Below the pieces are notes generated by a model that saw only the letters and a list, made by a program, of their open reading frames with translations, had not been told where the DNA came from and ran no database searches. A stretch of 63,081 bases of DNA, filler included, from Ministeria vibrans ATCC 50519 (lineage: Eukaryota; Protista; Filasterea), in NCBI GenBank assembly GCA_943704425.1. It is 9 parts of 9 records of this genome, joined end to end, with 100 filler letters (N's around TTAATTAATTAA, not from the genome) between each part and the next. Parts side by side here need not be neighbours in the genome. Positions count along the whole stretch, not along the records: positions 35,443 to 48,292 come from CALSCP010002157.1; positions 48,393 to 50,404 come from CALSCP010001631.1; positions 50,505 to 59,571 come from CALSCP010002371.1; 6 more parts are not named here. One strand, written 5' to 3'. Positions 38,320-53,500 of the stretch are shown piece by piece (position 1 is the stretch's first letter; each line of letters opens with the position of its first letter). The translations under genes were made by a program, and so were the position numbers.

Positions 38320-39873
38320 CTAACGCTTCTCGTTTTGGTGCGGTGGAGTGAGTGACGAAGCGCGTGAAACGACAAGCGGAACACGCAGCGCTGATGGGGT
38401 CTTGTTTGGAGCAGCACGCATGGGGCGGGTGCGGTTCTGCGACACCACACGCGTGACTGTTGCTGTTGCTGTTGCTGTTGCTGTCGTGGTGGTGTGTGGT
38501 GTCCGTGCGTGTGGAACGCACTGTGAAGCGGTGGATGATGCTTGGGAGATGATGTTGGTGGCGCGACGATAGTGCGGTTGTCGTTGGTGTCGTTTGTTGC
38601 CTTGTTCGAGAGTCGCGAGCATTTCATCGCGTATGTGAGGAGAGGAGAGGGTCATGCTGAGCGGTTGATGAGTCTGACTTGATGCTAATGTGCGTGTCTC
38701 TGTTGTGGTTCGCTGGATGCGAGTGACCTGTGTGGCGTGTACGAGACCAATTTCGCCGTTGAGGACACATACCCACCAGCGCATATCGCCATTCCCGTCG
38801 TGTCGCGTGACAACAAGAACTTCATCACCTAGGGACACGCGCAGCTGGCCTTTGCGCTCCTGAGTGGCGTTCTTTTCGTCGTAGACAGTGATAGGCTGTA
38901 AAGAAACCACGCGATGCGTTGCCGCCAGGGCACGCACAGCGGTCTCGCGCTCTCTTTTCTCTTCCACACGCAGTGCACGATGCGACGGAGACAGAGATTC
39001 TTCCAGCACGCGACGTGCACTGGTGTCTGCGCATTCGTCTTCACTCGACGTCAACACCTCGTCATCATCACCGACAGTCAGGGTACTTTCGCTCTTCTGT
39101 TGCCGGCTCCATGGTGACAGTGTCTCCTGCGCATGCTGTGGAAGAGTGATTTCCCCACTTGTTTTCCTTCTGTCGTTGTTGTCATCGTCGTCGTTGTTCT
39201 GCTCTTCGTTCTCCTTGGTTATTGTCATCATTTGAGCCATGAGAACTGAGACAAAGTTGATCTTGGCACGCACACTCTCGTGTTGGAAGGTGTACGTTTT
39301 TTCCGTGAGACGACACGTTGCCTGAGAGGGAGAGAGATATTATGTTCGAGAAGAATAGTTGTAGCGTCTTCATAGCACTATTACCATCCAGTCAGGGTCT
39401 TCGTTTGCTCCCACGTCGACCAGTCGCAGCGAACTCAGATCAAACACAAAGCACAGCTTCTCGGGCGTCTTCTTTTTCAATGGTAGTCGCTTGCACACAA
39501 GCAGATGGTGCGCAAAGAGAATCAGCCGACGTGGTTGTGGAAGGAGCGCTGCCAGTCGATCGCTCACGTTCAACCGCTAAAAAGATAAAGAAAATTCAAA
39601 GAAAACTTGTGTTAAACGACTTGCAGTTGTGAGTGATGCATGCCATCGTACGTGCACTCGAGCATCAAGGACGACTGGGCCGTAGCGTGCGGCGTCGCGG
39701 GAATGACAGCCGCTGATGTTGGCAAGGACACGCGACGTCATGATTTCATCGTACTCTTTTCGTGTTTGTAGGTTCACACGAGACGTTATGCCCTGCAAAA
39801 AGCAGTTTACACAAAACAAAAAATTAGTACAGCATATTATTAGTAAAATATAATAATAATAGTAACAACAACG

Positions 39874-39970
<97 letters not shown>

Positions 39971-40708
39971 GTACTACTAATAATAACAATAACAATAATA
40001 ATACGAATAAAATAATAATAATAATAATGTTGACTTTGAGTGGCGTTTGAGGTGCGAAAATTCAAATTTTGGCGCAACCTCTCTTACCTCAATGGTGTTG
40101 ATGAGAACAGAGAGACGATGGGTATCTTCTGGATCACTTGAGTAGCTTTTGATGCGTTCAAGAAGCAAGGGGTAGTGGCAGAGGCGCTGCAGTGGTTTGA
40201 TCCGCAGCGACTGCAGTCCCAGATGATCGTGCGCGCGATCAGCGCATTCGCGCAGGAATCGCTGAAAGACGGCGTTTTTGTGTTCGCGCGCGTACACCTG
40301 ATCACCATGACGCGCTTTGGAGCAGTAATCGACGAGCGCTGTCTCGATGGGTGCGGCGTAGGCGATGAATGTGGCACAAAGATCGGCGATGGAGCACACT
40401 TGGTTGAGACGCGCCAGGAGCGTGTGAGCGCAATCGCGCACCTCGCGCACATTGCCAAACATCAGACACCAGTCGGAGGCCTTTACTGAGGCAGGAAGCG
40501 GTGCATCGGCGTAGTATTGGACGAGCTGTGGTTGAATTTAGGTTTGAAAAAAAAACAACAATAATTTGAAACGAAAGAAAAGAGAGAGAGAGAGAGAAAG
40601 ACTGAGTGGCGGCACACAAACCTTGTCCAGAAAGCCAACGTACGCCGACTCGGTTTCAAGCAGTTCAACTACGGCCAGTTGTGCTTTCATAGAGATATTT
40701 TCCGGCAT
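38320..40708 (-). CDS. RhoGEF (DH-PH) with SH3-like domain
   Basis: ELLETESAYV, FGNVREV and IKPLQRLCHYPLLLERI (DH); LILFAHHLLVCK (PH); QLRVSLGDEVLVV...WWVCVLNGEIGLVHAT (SH3-like). Confidence 0.85.
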
Positions 40709-40926
40709 TTTTCAAAAAGAACTGACAAGTACTAAATGTCAACTGATTCGAAAGATACTGAGTGACAAGTTCCCACTTCAGAATCAGTCTCAATTATTCT
40801 AAAGTACTATGTAGAACTCGCTACTTAGTACTTAGTCGCGACTTCATAATAATTTCATGTTTGGAGAGTAAAACTTTTCTCTTAAGTACTCCACTGGGCA
40901 GATTGGTGTGAAAAGAAACAGAGTGT

Positions 40927-42938
40927 TTACTTTTCGGGAATGAAGTGATCAAACACACGATTGATATAGTCATAGAGCACAAAGACAAGACCCACATCAA
41001 TGCACACGCGACCCAATCGCGGAACAGTGCCCTTGTAAAAGCTACAAAATACAATGTAAAGGAGAATTAAAGATAAATAGGGTGGGGGAGAGTGAGTGAG
41101 CGAGTGAGACAAAGAAGGGAGAGATAAAATAATGGTGAAAATGTGTGTTACCCTTTGAAGCCTTCCTCTCTTGCAATAGTCATTGCGCAGTCCATTGTGC
41201 TCTTATACTGAGCCGCGTCCAATCCCTTTTCGTGAACAAATGTGACTTGTGAGTGTATGTGTGCTCGTATGTGTTTAGTATGTAAGTGTGTATGTATGAA
41301 TGTGTATATGTGTGTGTGTGTGTGTGCTTAGTTGTGCTTAGTGTGCGACTGACCTGCATTTTGGTCTTGACAACGTCGACGGGAGTGTTGCCAAAGACGG
41401 ATGCCGCACCAGCGACCATACCACTGACCATTGTCTTGTACCACGGCAGTTTCATAGTCTCTATCCATGTCACACATCAGTCTCTCCTTTGGCTGTTTGT
41501 TTTTTTCTTCTCTCTCTGCGAGTGTACCGTCTCCGTTTTTCATGTAGGAAGTGATGTTGTTGTGGACAAAAAAGCGAATGGCCTGGTTGCTTCCCTGCTT
41601 GATCACCGTAGCTGTCAGGCCCTTGTACACTCCGCCCATCCCTACATATGTACAGCGGAAGGGGTTGGATATATATATACATAGAGAGTCGCAATTGCAT
41701 GCGCACGGCAACTGCAAGCTTTCACTCTTGTCTCATCTACATACGGTTGGATCCAACACGATCGCTGCTCTCTACCTCATTCACTCTCACACATCATCAC
41801 CCCCTCTCATTTCCCCCTTTACCTTCAGACGCGATGATGGAGCGCACTCCGTGAAGGAATCCGTTGTATTTGGGTTTAGGAAGCATTTGGTCGTTGATAA
41901 ACTTCACTTTGACTGTCTCCATCGGACACACAATCAGTGTCGCTTCCGCCGCTCCCGCAGCCAAACCCGCAAGAAGGGTTCTACGACAAAGGTTGGCATG
42001 CGATCTGACATGGATTGGGAATCTGACCTAGATTGAGTGAGCTTGCCATTCTCATCCATCAGGAGCGAGCGCATCTGTTCGTAGACACCAAAGCGGACGG
42101 CTGCCTTGGGAATGGAGCCGTAGAGAAGCGACGAGAGGCCGCGGTAGAAGCCAAAGTAGCCGTAGTTGGCGTACGTCCAGCGGACACACGACTGGATTGA
42201 GTGGAAGCGCGGATTGGCAGCACGTCCTTCCAGTTGCAACTGCGTCTTGACAAACTCAGTGGGAAATGTCACACAGATCTCAATGCCACCCGCAATGCCA
42301 CCTACACAGGCCCAACGGTAAGAATCATCTGGTCTATCGGCAGCAGCTCCCCGGCAGGCGCGGGAGACAGACGGCAGGAAATGGGTGTTTTTGGGGAAGA
42401 CGAGCAAACGTGACTTGCGCGCGAGAGGTTCACAGCGCTCCCCTGCCGTCCAGCGATCACCGGGTGCTCGGAGATGCCGTCAAACATGGCACTTGTGGGA
42501 TATGGCGTGCACGAGACGCAGCGAGAGGCACTGCGGGAGGAGGTTAGGCGGTTTTTTTTTGAAACAAGTGAGATTGAACGCAAAAAAAAAAAAAGAGATT
42601 GTCACTCAGTCCATCTCGCGACATAGAAGAGGTGGAGTGCCGCCGAAACACACTCAGGTGCAAGCAACAAAGCAAGGCGGAGGATCGTCAAGCGGGTAGA
42701 TGGCGTGGTTACGGGGAGACGGCGGGATGGGATGGAGGGGAGAGGGGACGGGGGACGAGACGACGCTCCACACGCCAAACAAGCCTTGCTCATGCGCACA
42801 GGCAGGCCCGACCCAGCACCTATGGCTCTTACCACTCAGAATAGCCTTGAGCGGGTGGCGCTTCTTGCCGCCCGAGGGCGGAGGCGACGCAACAAAGATG
42901 GGCTTGCCCTTGGCGCCCTGAACAGCGGCAACCGACAT
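40927..42938 (-). CDS. SLC25A1: Mitochondrial tricarboxylate (citrate) carrier
   Basis: [58 protein letters not shown] and [12 protein letters not shown] motifs. Confidence 0.93.
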
Positions 42939-43376
42939 TTTGTGATACGATCAGACGATGCAGTAAACCCGACACGGAAAAGATGAGACTGCTAGAGGGC
43001 GCAGCGTAAGCAGAGAAGATCGAAAATGAATGTATAATTTAATTTAGTCCAAAAATCCAATGAATCCCGATCCAACGAATCAACACACAGTCAAAGAAGG
43101 TATTACCGAATCATCGAATAATGACTGGCGACACGAAACTCAAAAGAGAAAAGTCAAAAGACAAAAATAAAGGGAGTGAAGGGATCGATTTCTCGTTCAG
43201 TGCACGTCTCCCATTTGGTGTGTTGGTTCCACTGTTGGTTTCAGTTTCAGTCTTACCAATCAATTAGTGCCAAGTTTGTCTCAGAATTGTCTCCACTATT
43301 AACATTTACTTTGCTACCGTCTCCTTTCTCTTGTCACTCCCTGATTCTACCACTTCATTCAGTTCTGTGCGTCAGA

Positions 43377-46300
43377 TGGAGCTCCTTGGAGTGGATATAG
43401 ACGAATTCTTCAATGAGTGTCGCCTAAAAGCCGAAGACGGCTCAGACAGCGCGTCATTGCACATTCTCTCGCCAGAAACACCGCACCGTGCCCCCTTGGA
43501 GGTGGATTTTAGTGCGTTTTCCGCCCCTGAACCAAAGGTAGCGTGTGAAGTCATCACACGATCCTTTTTTTTTATCTGTTTGTGGTCAACTCCTCTCTTT
43601 TTTCTTCTCTTATACTTTTGCCCTCCACTCTGGCCAATCCGCCAGCCCTTCTCCCCCCGCCTCGCCCTCCGTACAACCGCTCTTTTATCATTTCCCGACC
43701 ACCCGTATGCTTCCTGCTCAACAGGAACCCCTTGTGTCTCTGATGGCGGTTGCTATCCAAAAATATAATTATAAACGAAATTTCACCGTTTTTGCTGCGT
43801 TGATGTTTGCTCTCCACCGCCCACCTCACTCACTCACTCACTCACTGTCAAACACTTTCCGCGTTTTTCATAAAAAAAGCGCTCCTTTTTTTTAATGTTT
43901 TCCTGTTTTGTTTTGGAAGACGCGCGACTCGTTGAGACACACCGACGCAAAGGTCGCGCCAGACACGGCTGCAGCCCCCGTCGCAGCCCCTGCCTCGGCC
44001 ACGGTTGTTTTCGTGCAGCCTAGCAGCACTGCAGAGGTGCTGCCACCGCCAGGACCCCAGCCTGACGACGTACACGCCGGGGAGCTGGCGACGCGCGCGT
44101 CCCTCGTCAACGACCTCATCCACTCCGAGATAGACTACCTCCACGACCTGCAGTTGCTCCACGACGCCTACCGACGTCCCGTTGTCGACTGTCACATTGG
44201 CGAAATCGACGTGCATCGTGTCTTTGGCAACCTTGACGAGCTCATGGCCGCGAGCAGGTCCCTCTCGCGTGCGCTTAGTTCGTTGCAACGGCAACACCCC
44301 GCCGACCAGTGTGTCGGGCGAGAGTTTCTCGCGCTCGCCGAGACAATTCGTAGCACCCACTTGATCTTTTGTTTGCGTCACGGCGATGCCCTCGAGGCCC
44401 TCCACCAAGGCATTGTGCGCGGCGGAAGCACTGTTCGTGGCTTCCTTGATGGCTGTCGTCGCAAAGTCAGTGCCTCACATCCATCACTGCGTCGCTCTCG
44501 TTCCAACACGGCCGATCTCCACAGTCTTTTGAGGGCACCTCTTCGTCGCGTTGCCTTCTACGAGCAATCTCTTGACGCTATGTTCACCACAACGCCACAT
44601 GCACACCGCGACCGCACCGACCTGCGCACGGCACTCGCAAACATGCGCGCCCTTGCTCGTGACATTGCTGACCCCGCCGAACCCTCACCTCTTGTTGATG
44701 CCCTTACAACAATTTCATCATCCAACATCAGTGGCGTGTCCTCTGCTGCTGCTGCAACTGCTACTACTGCATCGCCTGCGTCACAGCAAGTCTCTTCGTT
44801 TCGTCGCATTCACAAAGTGAGATAGAGAGAGAGAGAGAGTAGACTGAGCGAGATAGTACTAAAATGTGTCGTTGTGGGTCCGTTGTGGGTGTGTAGAATC
44901 ACGATGACTTTATCTCGACGGACGACGACGCAGCAAGTGGCGTGCCCATCCCCCCGTCTCCCAAGCGACGGATGATGCGCATCCCGGCCTCGCCCACGCC
45001 GCATGCCTCACGGACTTCTCCCGCCACCCGCACGCGTCGCTCCTTTGATCACCACCACTCTCGCACTTCCCCTATCACCCGTACTCGTCGAAGCTTAGAA
45101 ATAGATCAGTCTTCTTCGTCCCCGCTGCTCCCCGTCGCGCACACCACATCATCGCACACACGCACGTTCGATACCAAAACTGACGCAGCGCTCACATCAC
45201 CACCACCACAACAATCTGCATCGTCGTCACAACTACTCCTACTCCCTGAGACACCAACGGGAAATGCGCCTAACGAGCCAATGCCATCGCCAAAACCGGT
45301 TCTGAGCGGAGCGGCACTGCAGCGCCAGCGCAATCGGTCTCGCAAACGCGCCGAAAAAATGCGCTCCATCGAGTTGGCAATGGAACGAGAGGAACAAGAG
45401 CGGAAGCAACAACAAGAGCAAGAGCAGCAGAGACTGGAGACGGCGGGTGTCCCTGTGCCCGCCATACGACGGGGAGACTCGGTGGGCAGCAACACGGTGA
45501 AGACGGCGGCGCATGCCAGGGCGCTTGATTCGGCAGGTGTGGAGTCAGACAGTGACGACACAGAGGCATATGTGCGTGTGGCATTGCGCCAGACCAACAG
45601 TACGCCCACGCGTCGTCGCAATCTTATTGTCAAGACGGTTGCTCCGTCACCGGCAATCAAACGATCCGCCAACACAGCCAGTAAGAAGCAAAAGCAAAAG
45701 CAGCAGGCGAGCTCGGACGAGACTGACTCAGACGTGGCGACGGTTGTCGCCAATGCACGTCGCGTGCGCACACCCTCTGGAAAACGCGCGCGCGATCGCT
45801 ACCACGCTACAAACCTGACACCTGTCAAGCGTGTGCAACAGTCGGGACAGTTTGCGTATGACTATGCGCCGCAAAAGGCAGTACCAAGCAATAACGGCGC
45901 ATCGGCTGTCAAGAGTACGGGTTCAGCAGCGCCAGCAACCACATCTACCTCGTCCACCACTCAGCTGGGGCGACGTCGATCGCTGATCCTCAGCAATGTA
46001 GTACCTGCACCCACTCTGACTGAGACGCAGCACCTTCTTAATGGCGACGAGCACCTCCTGGTGTCAACCATGGTCGACACCCGCCCGCGCAGTTCCTCCG
46101 TGCGCTCCATCGGCCCTCGTGCGCCTACTTACAACCAGGCGCCTGCGGTGGTGCAGGCCTCAACCTTTCACTCTCCGTGTCTTACCCGTCGTCCCTCCGA
46201 CATTAAAGCTGACGAAGTTCGTCCGTTCATTAGCCGTTCTCTCTCAGACCGCTCTCATCTGTCGTCAGTGCTTGGTCCGCGTAGCCCCACTGGCTCGGTA

Positions 46301-47905
46301 CCCACTTCCACTCCTCCATCGGCCTCCAGCCGTTCGCTCGGGCCCTCCTCGTCCCTTCTGCTTCCTCCACCTGCCATACTCAGTGCTCTCACGCGAGCTC
46401 AGACTGTCGAGAGCACTGCCTCCATGCGTCGTCGCCACCAACAACGCGGCAAGAGCTTCCACGGTGTCTCACGCAGCAGCAGCAATATTAACACCGCCAC
46501 CGCCACCATACCGCCAAAGTCTTCTCTCAAAGCAGCGTCATTGTCACAGGGATCGCTACCGGTCCCCTTGGCGCAGTCTGTGTTGTTACAACGCTCACCA
46601 GGGGCCGAACGCAGCGCAGCGATTGCGGAGCGACGGGCGAGCAACATGAAAAAGCAGCAGCAGAAGGGTAAGAGTACACTGTTGCCATGGCGAGCACAGC
46701 GCACGACACCGGAAGAGTGTGGCCGGCAGGCATCGTTGTCATTGGAGGAGGAAGACGAAAAGAAGGAGACTCAAAGTGGGAGTCGAAAGAAGCGGAGTCG
46801 ACGAGATAAGTTAAAAAAGAAGGAGTCACTGTCACTGAGTGCGTCGGAGGCGGAAGTAGGGGCTACGATGGAACCACTTGTGGTGGAGCCGCTTGCTTTG
46901 GTCACGGTGGACCCGGAGAGTTTTCGATCGATTGGAGAAGGGGAAGACGTGAGCAAAGAGGAGGAGTTCATGCTGGGACTGACGCACGAGAATTTGCGGG
47001 CGACTGCAAATCGAATGCGACACGAACGGCAAGTGGAGGCACAGTGGCTGGAGCAGGAGCGACAGACGTCGCTGCGACGCATGTCGCGACGCGCACGACG
47101 CAAAGAGGAGGAGCAGCAAGAGCAACTGAAGCAGCAGAGGGTGCGAGTGTGGACTGCGGTGGATTTGGATGTGATGTGGGAGCTGAGTGGCGAGCGATGG
47201 CGGATGGAGGAGAATGCGATCGAGCTCACGCGCAATGTGTGGGTCCAGTCCTTTTGCTCGGTCTATGGGAAACAGGTATTTGCAGAGAGAAAGGGAGAGA
47301 GAGAGTATAGAGAGAATAGAGAGGATATAGACAGGATAGAGAGAGAGTGCCGGGAGAAGAAAAAAGGAATAAGGAGAGGCGAGGGAGAAAGAAACAAAGT
47401 AATAGCGAGATAGTGTGTGTACGACATATGTATATAATTATTATGTATATGCGTGACGGGTTTTTGTGTTCTTAGGATCTGTCGACTTTTTTGGAGACAT
47501 TGGACAACAGTAAACAAACGAGAGTGTAATTAGTATAGTAAAGCCGCTGCATGAAGCGTGAAAGTAGCTATCAGTAGTGTGTCTGTTAGGTTGTCAAAAA
47601 AAACATGCAATGTACAGTCATATTTACTATTAGAGTTACACTTTGACGCGTTTGGGTTCAGAGACCGACTCACTCTCGTCCGATCTCGGTCTCTTTCCCA
47701 CCTCTGTACGCTGTTTCGTGTCCCTTTTCTGCTCCAATTCGGCTGTGACACTCTTGAGGATATCGTCAACGCGACGGGATTCGTGCGCGCCAATCAGACT
47801 GCGTTTAGCGCTCGTCTCGTTGCGCGTCGTCTCTTCTTTGTCGGTCGGTTTGTCACCAGTCTCTTTCCAAGAGTAGCCTGCACGACACGAGACAAATGCG
47901 GTCGG
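43377..47905 (+). CDS. Large protein with a divergent DH (RhoGEF) domain and a long low-complexity region; 3' end uncertain
   Basis: RASLVNDLIHSEIDYLHDL, VFGNLDEL and LLRAPLRRVAFY motifs, followed by an 823-codon S/T/R-rich exon. Confidence 0.65.
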
Positions 47906-48183
47906 TAAGCGCGTGTGTATGTGAACGTAGATGAGAGCGTCGGGTACCTGTTCTCACGTCAAATTGAACGCGCTCGCGAGATTTACAAAGTGCGTTGTGC
48001 ATCGAGTGAAGAGCGGTGCACTACATACAATCCAAAGCCGATAGAAAACAAGTCAGAAACTGTGTGAGATGTTGCGCGTTGGTTTGTGTTTGAACCAAAT
48101 GTGCGTTGAGAACAGTGAGCAAGTCGGGTGCTTGGTAGATGTTGCCGTCGAGAATGTAATAGAGGGCACGGGGGACCGCTGAA

Positions 48184-48292
<109 letters not shown>

Positions 48293-48423
48293 NNNNNNNN
48301 NNNNNNNNNNNNNNNNNNNNNNNNNNNNNNNNNNNNTTAATTAATTAANNNNNNNNNNNNNNNNNNNNNNNNNNNNNNNNNNNNNNNNNNNNCATTAACT
48401 AATCATAATTTCCTTTGTTGACG

Positions 48424-49512
48424 ATGAACGTTGTCAAGGAGATCAGCAAGATCAATGCGCTGGAGTTGGCGGCGGGCGTGACGACGAGCGGCGGCGCATC
48501 GTGGCACGACGACTACAAAGACTCAGCATATGTCTTTGTGGGAAATGTCGATTACAAGTTGACGGAAGGTAAGGGCGCTTGCATGTAGACCACTGTCGTG
48601 TGCACGTGTATTTTCAACGGTGGCGTGTGTACATTTGTTTGGTGGGATAAGCAACGGAAACGTCTTTGAAACGAACCTTTTTGCCTCTCCTGCGCTCTCT
48701 CCTTCACAGGCGACCTCATGACCGTCATGTCACAATGGGGCGAGATTGCCGACCTGCGTATTGTGCGCGACAAGGACACAGGCAAATCGAAAGGATTCGC
48801 CTTTGTGGGCTATGAGGATCAGCGGAGCACCGTTTTGGCCGTCGACAATTTCAACGGAGTCAATCTGCTGAACCGCACGCTGCGAGTGGACCACGTGAAA
48901 GACTACAAGCCACCGGAGGAGGGTGGCGATGATGACGAGGCGGATCCCGAAGAGGAAGAGCAGCGTCGGCGCTACCTGGCGCGCAGCATGACGGCCGACG
49001 ATGTGGAGAAGGTGCGACGCGAGCGACTCGGAATCAAGGAGGACGATGAGCAGAAGCACGCGAACGAAGACGACGAACTGGATCCCCTTGAGATGATGAA
49101 ACGAAAAAAGGAGAAGAAGAAGGAGAAGAAGGAGAAGAAGAAGGAGAAGAAGAAGGAGAAGAAGGAGAAAAGGCAAAAGCGAGAGTATCTAGATGATGAC
49201 AAGGAAAGTGACAATGACGCGTGCAACGGGCCGACGGAGCTGTCTACTGACGAACGAGACCGATCGAAATCGAAAGAGCCGGAAAGACAGAGTGGAGAGA
49301 GAGAATCGGCGCCCAAGAGTGACAGAGAGCGGTACAGAGAGCGAGAGAGTGACAGAGAGCGGTACAGAGAGCGAGAGAGTGACAGAGATCGGTACAGAGA
49401 ACGAGATAGTGGCAGAGACCGCTACGGGGAGCGAGGAGAGTACCGAGAGAGGGAGTATCGCAGACGCTATAGTCGCAGCCGCACGCCCGAACGACGATCG
49501 GACCGTCGATAA
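48424..49512 (+). CDS. RBMX2: RES-complex RRM protein RBMX2/Snu17
   Basis: SWHDDYKDSAYVFVG, RDKDTGKSKGFAF and YEDQRSTVLAVDNFNG motifs; K/E and RS-rich tail. Confidence 0.93.
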
Positions 49513-49653
49513 TGCACTCACACACACAGATAATGTACCATCAATTTATACAAACTCATAGTTAAAAAAAGAATAAAAAAAATGTACTAAAGATAGGGAG
49601 AGAGCGAGCAAGGAAGAGAGCGAGCGAAGGAGAGAGGGAGAGAGAGAGAGAGG

Positions 49654-50257
<604 letters not shown>

Positions 50258-50504
50258 CTAAACAACACAGGATGGTGAGCCACCTCTCTCTCCATCGTTA
50301 TCCCTCCGTTCTCCATCACTTTTCTTCTTTTTCTCACTCTTCAATACCCTCTTCACTACTCTGTTTCTTTCACCTCCTCCTCCTCCTCCTCCTCCTCCTC
50401 CTCCNNNNNNNNNNNNNNNNNNNNNNNNNNNNNNNNNNNNNNNNNNNNTTAATTAATTAANNNNNNNNNNNNNNNNNNNNNNNNNNNNNNNNNNNNNNNN
50501 NNNN

Positions 50505-53500
50505 GCCGCCGAATGGAAAGACACTCATTGCGCACTCTGAAGATGGAAGCCAGGCACAATGGCCCACATATGAGCTGAACATTCCGTAACTGCATCCAAC
50601 AGAATGCACTGATGTAGTACTCATTGACTCGCTTTTCTTTTTTCAGTGGCATTCTGCGTCCGTGCGACATTGCGTTCTCTGCGGCACTGGCTCGTGGGTC
50701 AGTGGTGAGTCGGTCGATCAAAGTGCTGCTTTTGGGTGCGACGGGGGCAGGCAAGACTGCTCTGGTGGCTGCGCTGAGGGGCGAGACACTGCCGGGCGAA
50801 GAGGACCGGCCGGTGGCAACGTGCGTGCACAAACTGCGGATGGTCTACCACGAGGGGACGGGGGTGTTTGTGCCGGTGGAGGAGTTTCATCTGAGGAGTG
50901 TGATGGGGGTGAAGGCGGAGGAGAAGGAAGAGGAAGTGGCAGAGGACACGAACAGCACTGATGAGGAGGCAGCTGGTCCATCCCACGCGGCGGCTGAGCC
51001 TCACCACCCATCAACCACAGCTCCACCTACTGTCACGCCTGTTTCAGCGCCGCATGCAGACGCCGGATCAGTGAGTGTCAGCAGTGCACCATCTCGTGAC
51101 GCGCCCACAGTCGCACCGTCGGCTGAGCCCACAATGTCAACGGAGATGTCGTTTGTGCGAGGACTGTTGGAGAGCGAGCTGCGTGAAGAGCACGTTGACA
51201 TGGACATATTTGACTTTGCAGGTGAGATAAAGTAAAAATCATATTCTGTGCAGTTGCTGACGTATATTGATTTGCTTTGTCGACAGGTGAGTCGATGTAC
51301 GATTCACTTCCAGCACTGTTCATGGGCTCCGAGTCGGTGTACGTGCTTGTCTTTGATCTGTCCGTCATGAACGATGCTCTCAAAGCGCAACGACAGTACG
51401 AGCACCTGTCGAAGTGGGCGGACATTATTGCACACCAGGTGCCCACCACGGCCGAGTCGTACTTCCGCGTCATTATTGTCGGCACTCACATTGACACGTT
51501 CGCCGAGAACACCGTCCCTGACGATCTGGTTTCGCTTGTTTCGCGTGGGATTCTGCGATTGGTCGGGCCTGTGCTGGGCAGTCACCTGATGATGCCACCG
51601 GAAACACGGGGTGTGCCGTTCTTCCAGGTGGGCAGCCGTGCGCGAGTTGGACTGGGTGCAGTGATCACGGCGATGCACAAGGCTGTGCGGGATCGCACAC
51701 TGCCACTTGAGTTTGTGGCGGCACAGGATCTGATTGGACGATGGGCGCGAATGGGGCGTGTGCCGCTGCTGTCGANNNNNNNNNNNNCAGTGTATGTGCT
51801 TGTCTTTGACCTGTCCGTCATGGACTTTGCTCGCAAGGCTCAACGACAGTACGAGCATCTGTCGAAGTGGGCGGACATTATTGCACATCAGGTGCCCACC
51901 ACGGCCAAGTCGTACTTCCGCGTCATCATTGTCGGCACTCACATTGACACGTTCGCCGAGAACACTGTCCCCGACGATCTGGTTTCGCTTGTTTCGCGTG
52001 AGATTCTGCGGTTGGTCGGGCCTGTGCTTGGCAGTCATCTGATGATGCCACCGGAAACACGGGGTGTGCCGTTTTTTCAGGTGGGCAGCCGTGAGCGAGT
52101 TGGACTGGGTGCAGTGAGCACGGCGATGCACAAGGCTGTGCGGGATCGCACACTGCCGCTTGAGTTTGTGGCGGCACAGGATCTGATTGGACGATGGGCG
52201 CGAATGGGGCGTGTGCCGCTGCTGTCGAGTGTGAGCTCACTGGACGGACTGGAGCTGAACGACGATCCGGTGGTGCAACTGGGGGGGATGCTGGCGAGTG
52301 AGAGTGCGATACGAGAGGGGCTTGTGCCGTATCTGGAGAGTGCTGCAGACATTCTGGTGTGTCGTGAGGATGCGACGAGTGAGGTTGTGAAGGGAACGGA
52401 CACGATTGTGTTTGATGTGCCGCGACTGATTGGAGCGCTGGAACTGTTGTGCTCGGTGGTGATGGCGCAGTGGGGACGCGCGACGAGCAAGCGAGCGCAG
52501 GCGATGTTGCGCGAGGTGACTGCGGCGGGCCTGGCACACGCAGACGACGGAATGCGGCGGACGACGCGACTTCTGGGCGAGCTGGACGCGTCGAAAGAGC
52601 AGTCTGAAAGTGGGTTTCCAGCGGAGGTGGCGGAGTGGTTGGTGTGGACCGCGCCATGCAGTCGTGCTGGAGAGCTCTTTGCTGTTCCGCGTGAGGCAAA
52701 ACCAAACCCCATGGGGTTCTTTGCCAAGCTGTTTAACACTAAAACCTCTTCCCAGCCTGACCTGGTCCCTCTTCTTGCTGGCGCCGACGTCACCGACGTC
52801 TCCTCGTTCATGCTCTCGCTTGAGCGACTAAGTCTTGCTCTCCGACGCGACGACCGTCTGTTTGTGCCCATGCTCCTTCCCCACTATGCTGCATTCCTCG
52901 ACATTCCCGTCACTGTTCCCGCGCAACTTTTCCTGTACCAGTTTGTCGACGACGAGCTGCTTCCCGTCTCGCTTGCGACGTTCCACTTGCTGATGGTGGC
53001 CCTGTGGCGCACGTCGCTGCGTGGCAGTCCGATCCGGGCGACACAGCGATGCACCAATGCCATGACGATGGCGGGGTGTGCACCCGTGCGACTGCGGCTT
53101 AATGCCAACGAATCGTTTGTGCGCATTGAGGTGATGGACGACAGTGACGCTGAGCAAGTGCAGCGCACTCTGGAGCGTATCTGTGTCGCAGTGTGTGACG
53201 GAACTCGTTCACTGCGATGGGGATGGCGTGGCGATCCTGTCGTTGTTCCAGCTCATCCGTACATCCAAGACGCACCCTTGTATGCGTCTCAGTTCGACAC
53301 ATTGAACAACATGGCTGGTGTGTTCCAGGCACAAGGAGACGACAGTCGTGCTCTTGAGTACTGTGAGAGTGCTCTGACCATCCAGGAGAAGTCTCTCGGT
53401 CCCAACCACCGATCCACAGGCGACACGTTGAACAATATGGCTTGTGTGTTCCATGCACAAGGACACTACAGTCGTGCACTTGAGTACTATGAGCGTGCTC

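Noticed and set aside
42440-42490. Alternative first exon of SLC25A1 ([13 protein letters not shown]) inside its long intron
   Set aside because: There is no in-phase GT donor at the expected point; it would need a non-canonical site, which is unsupported.
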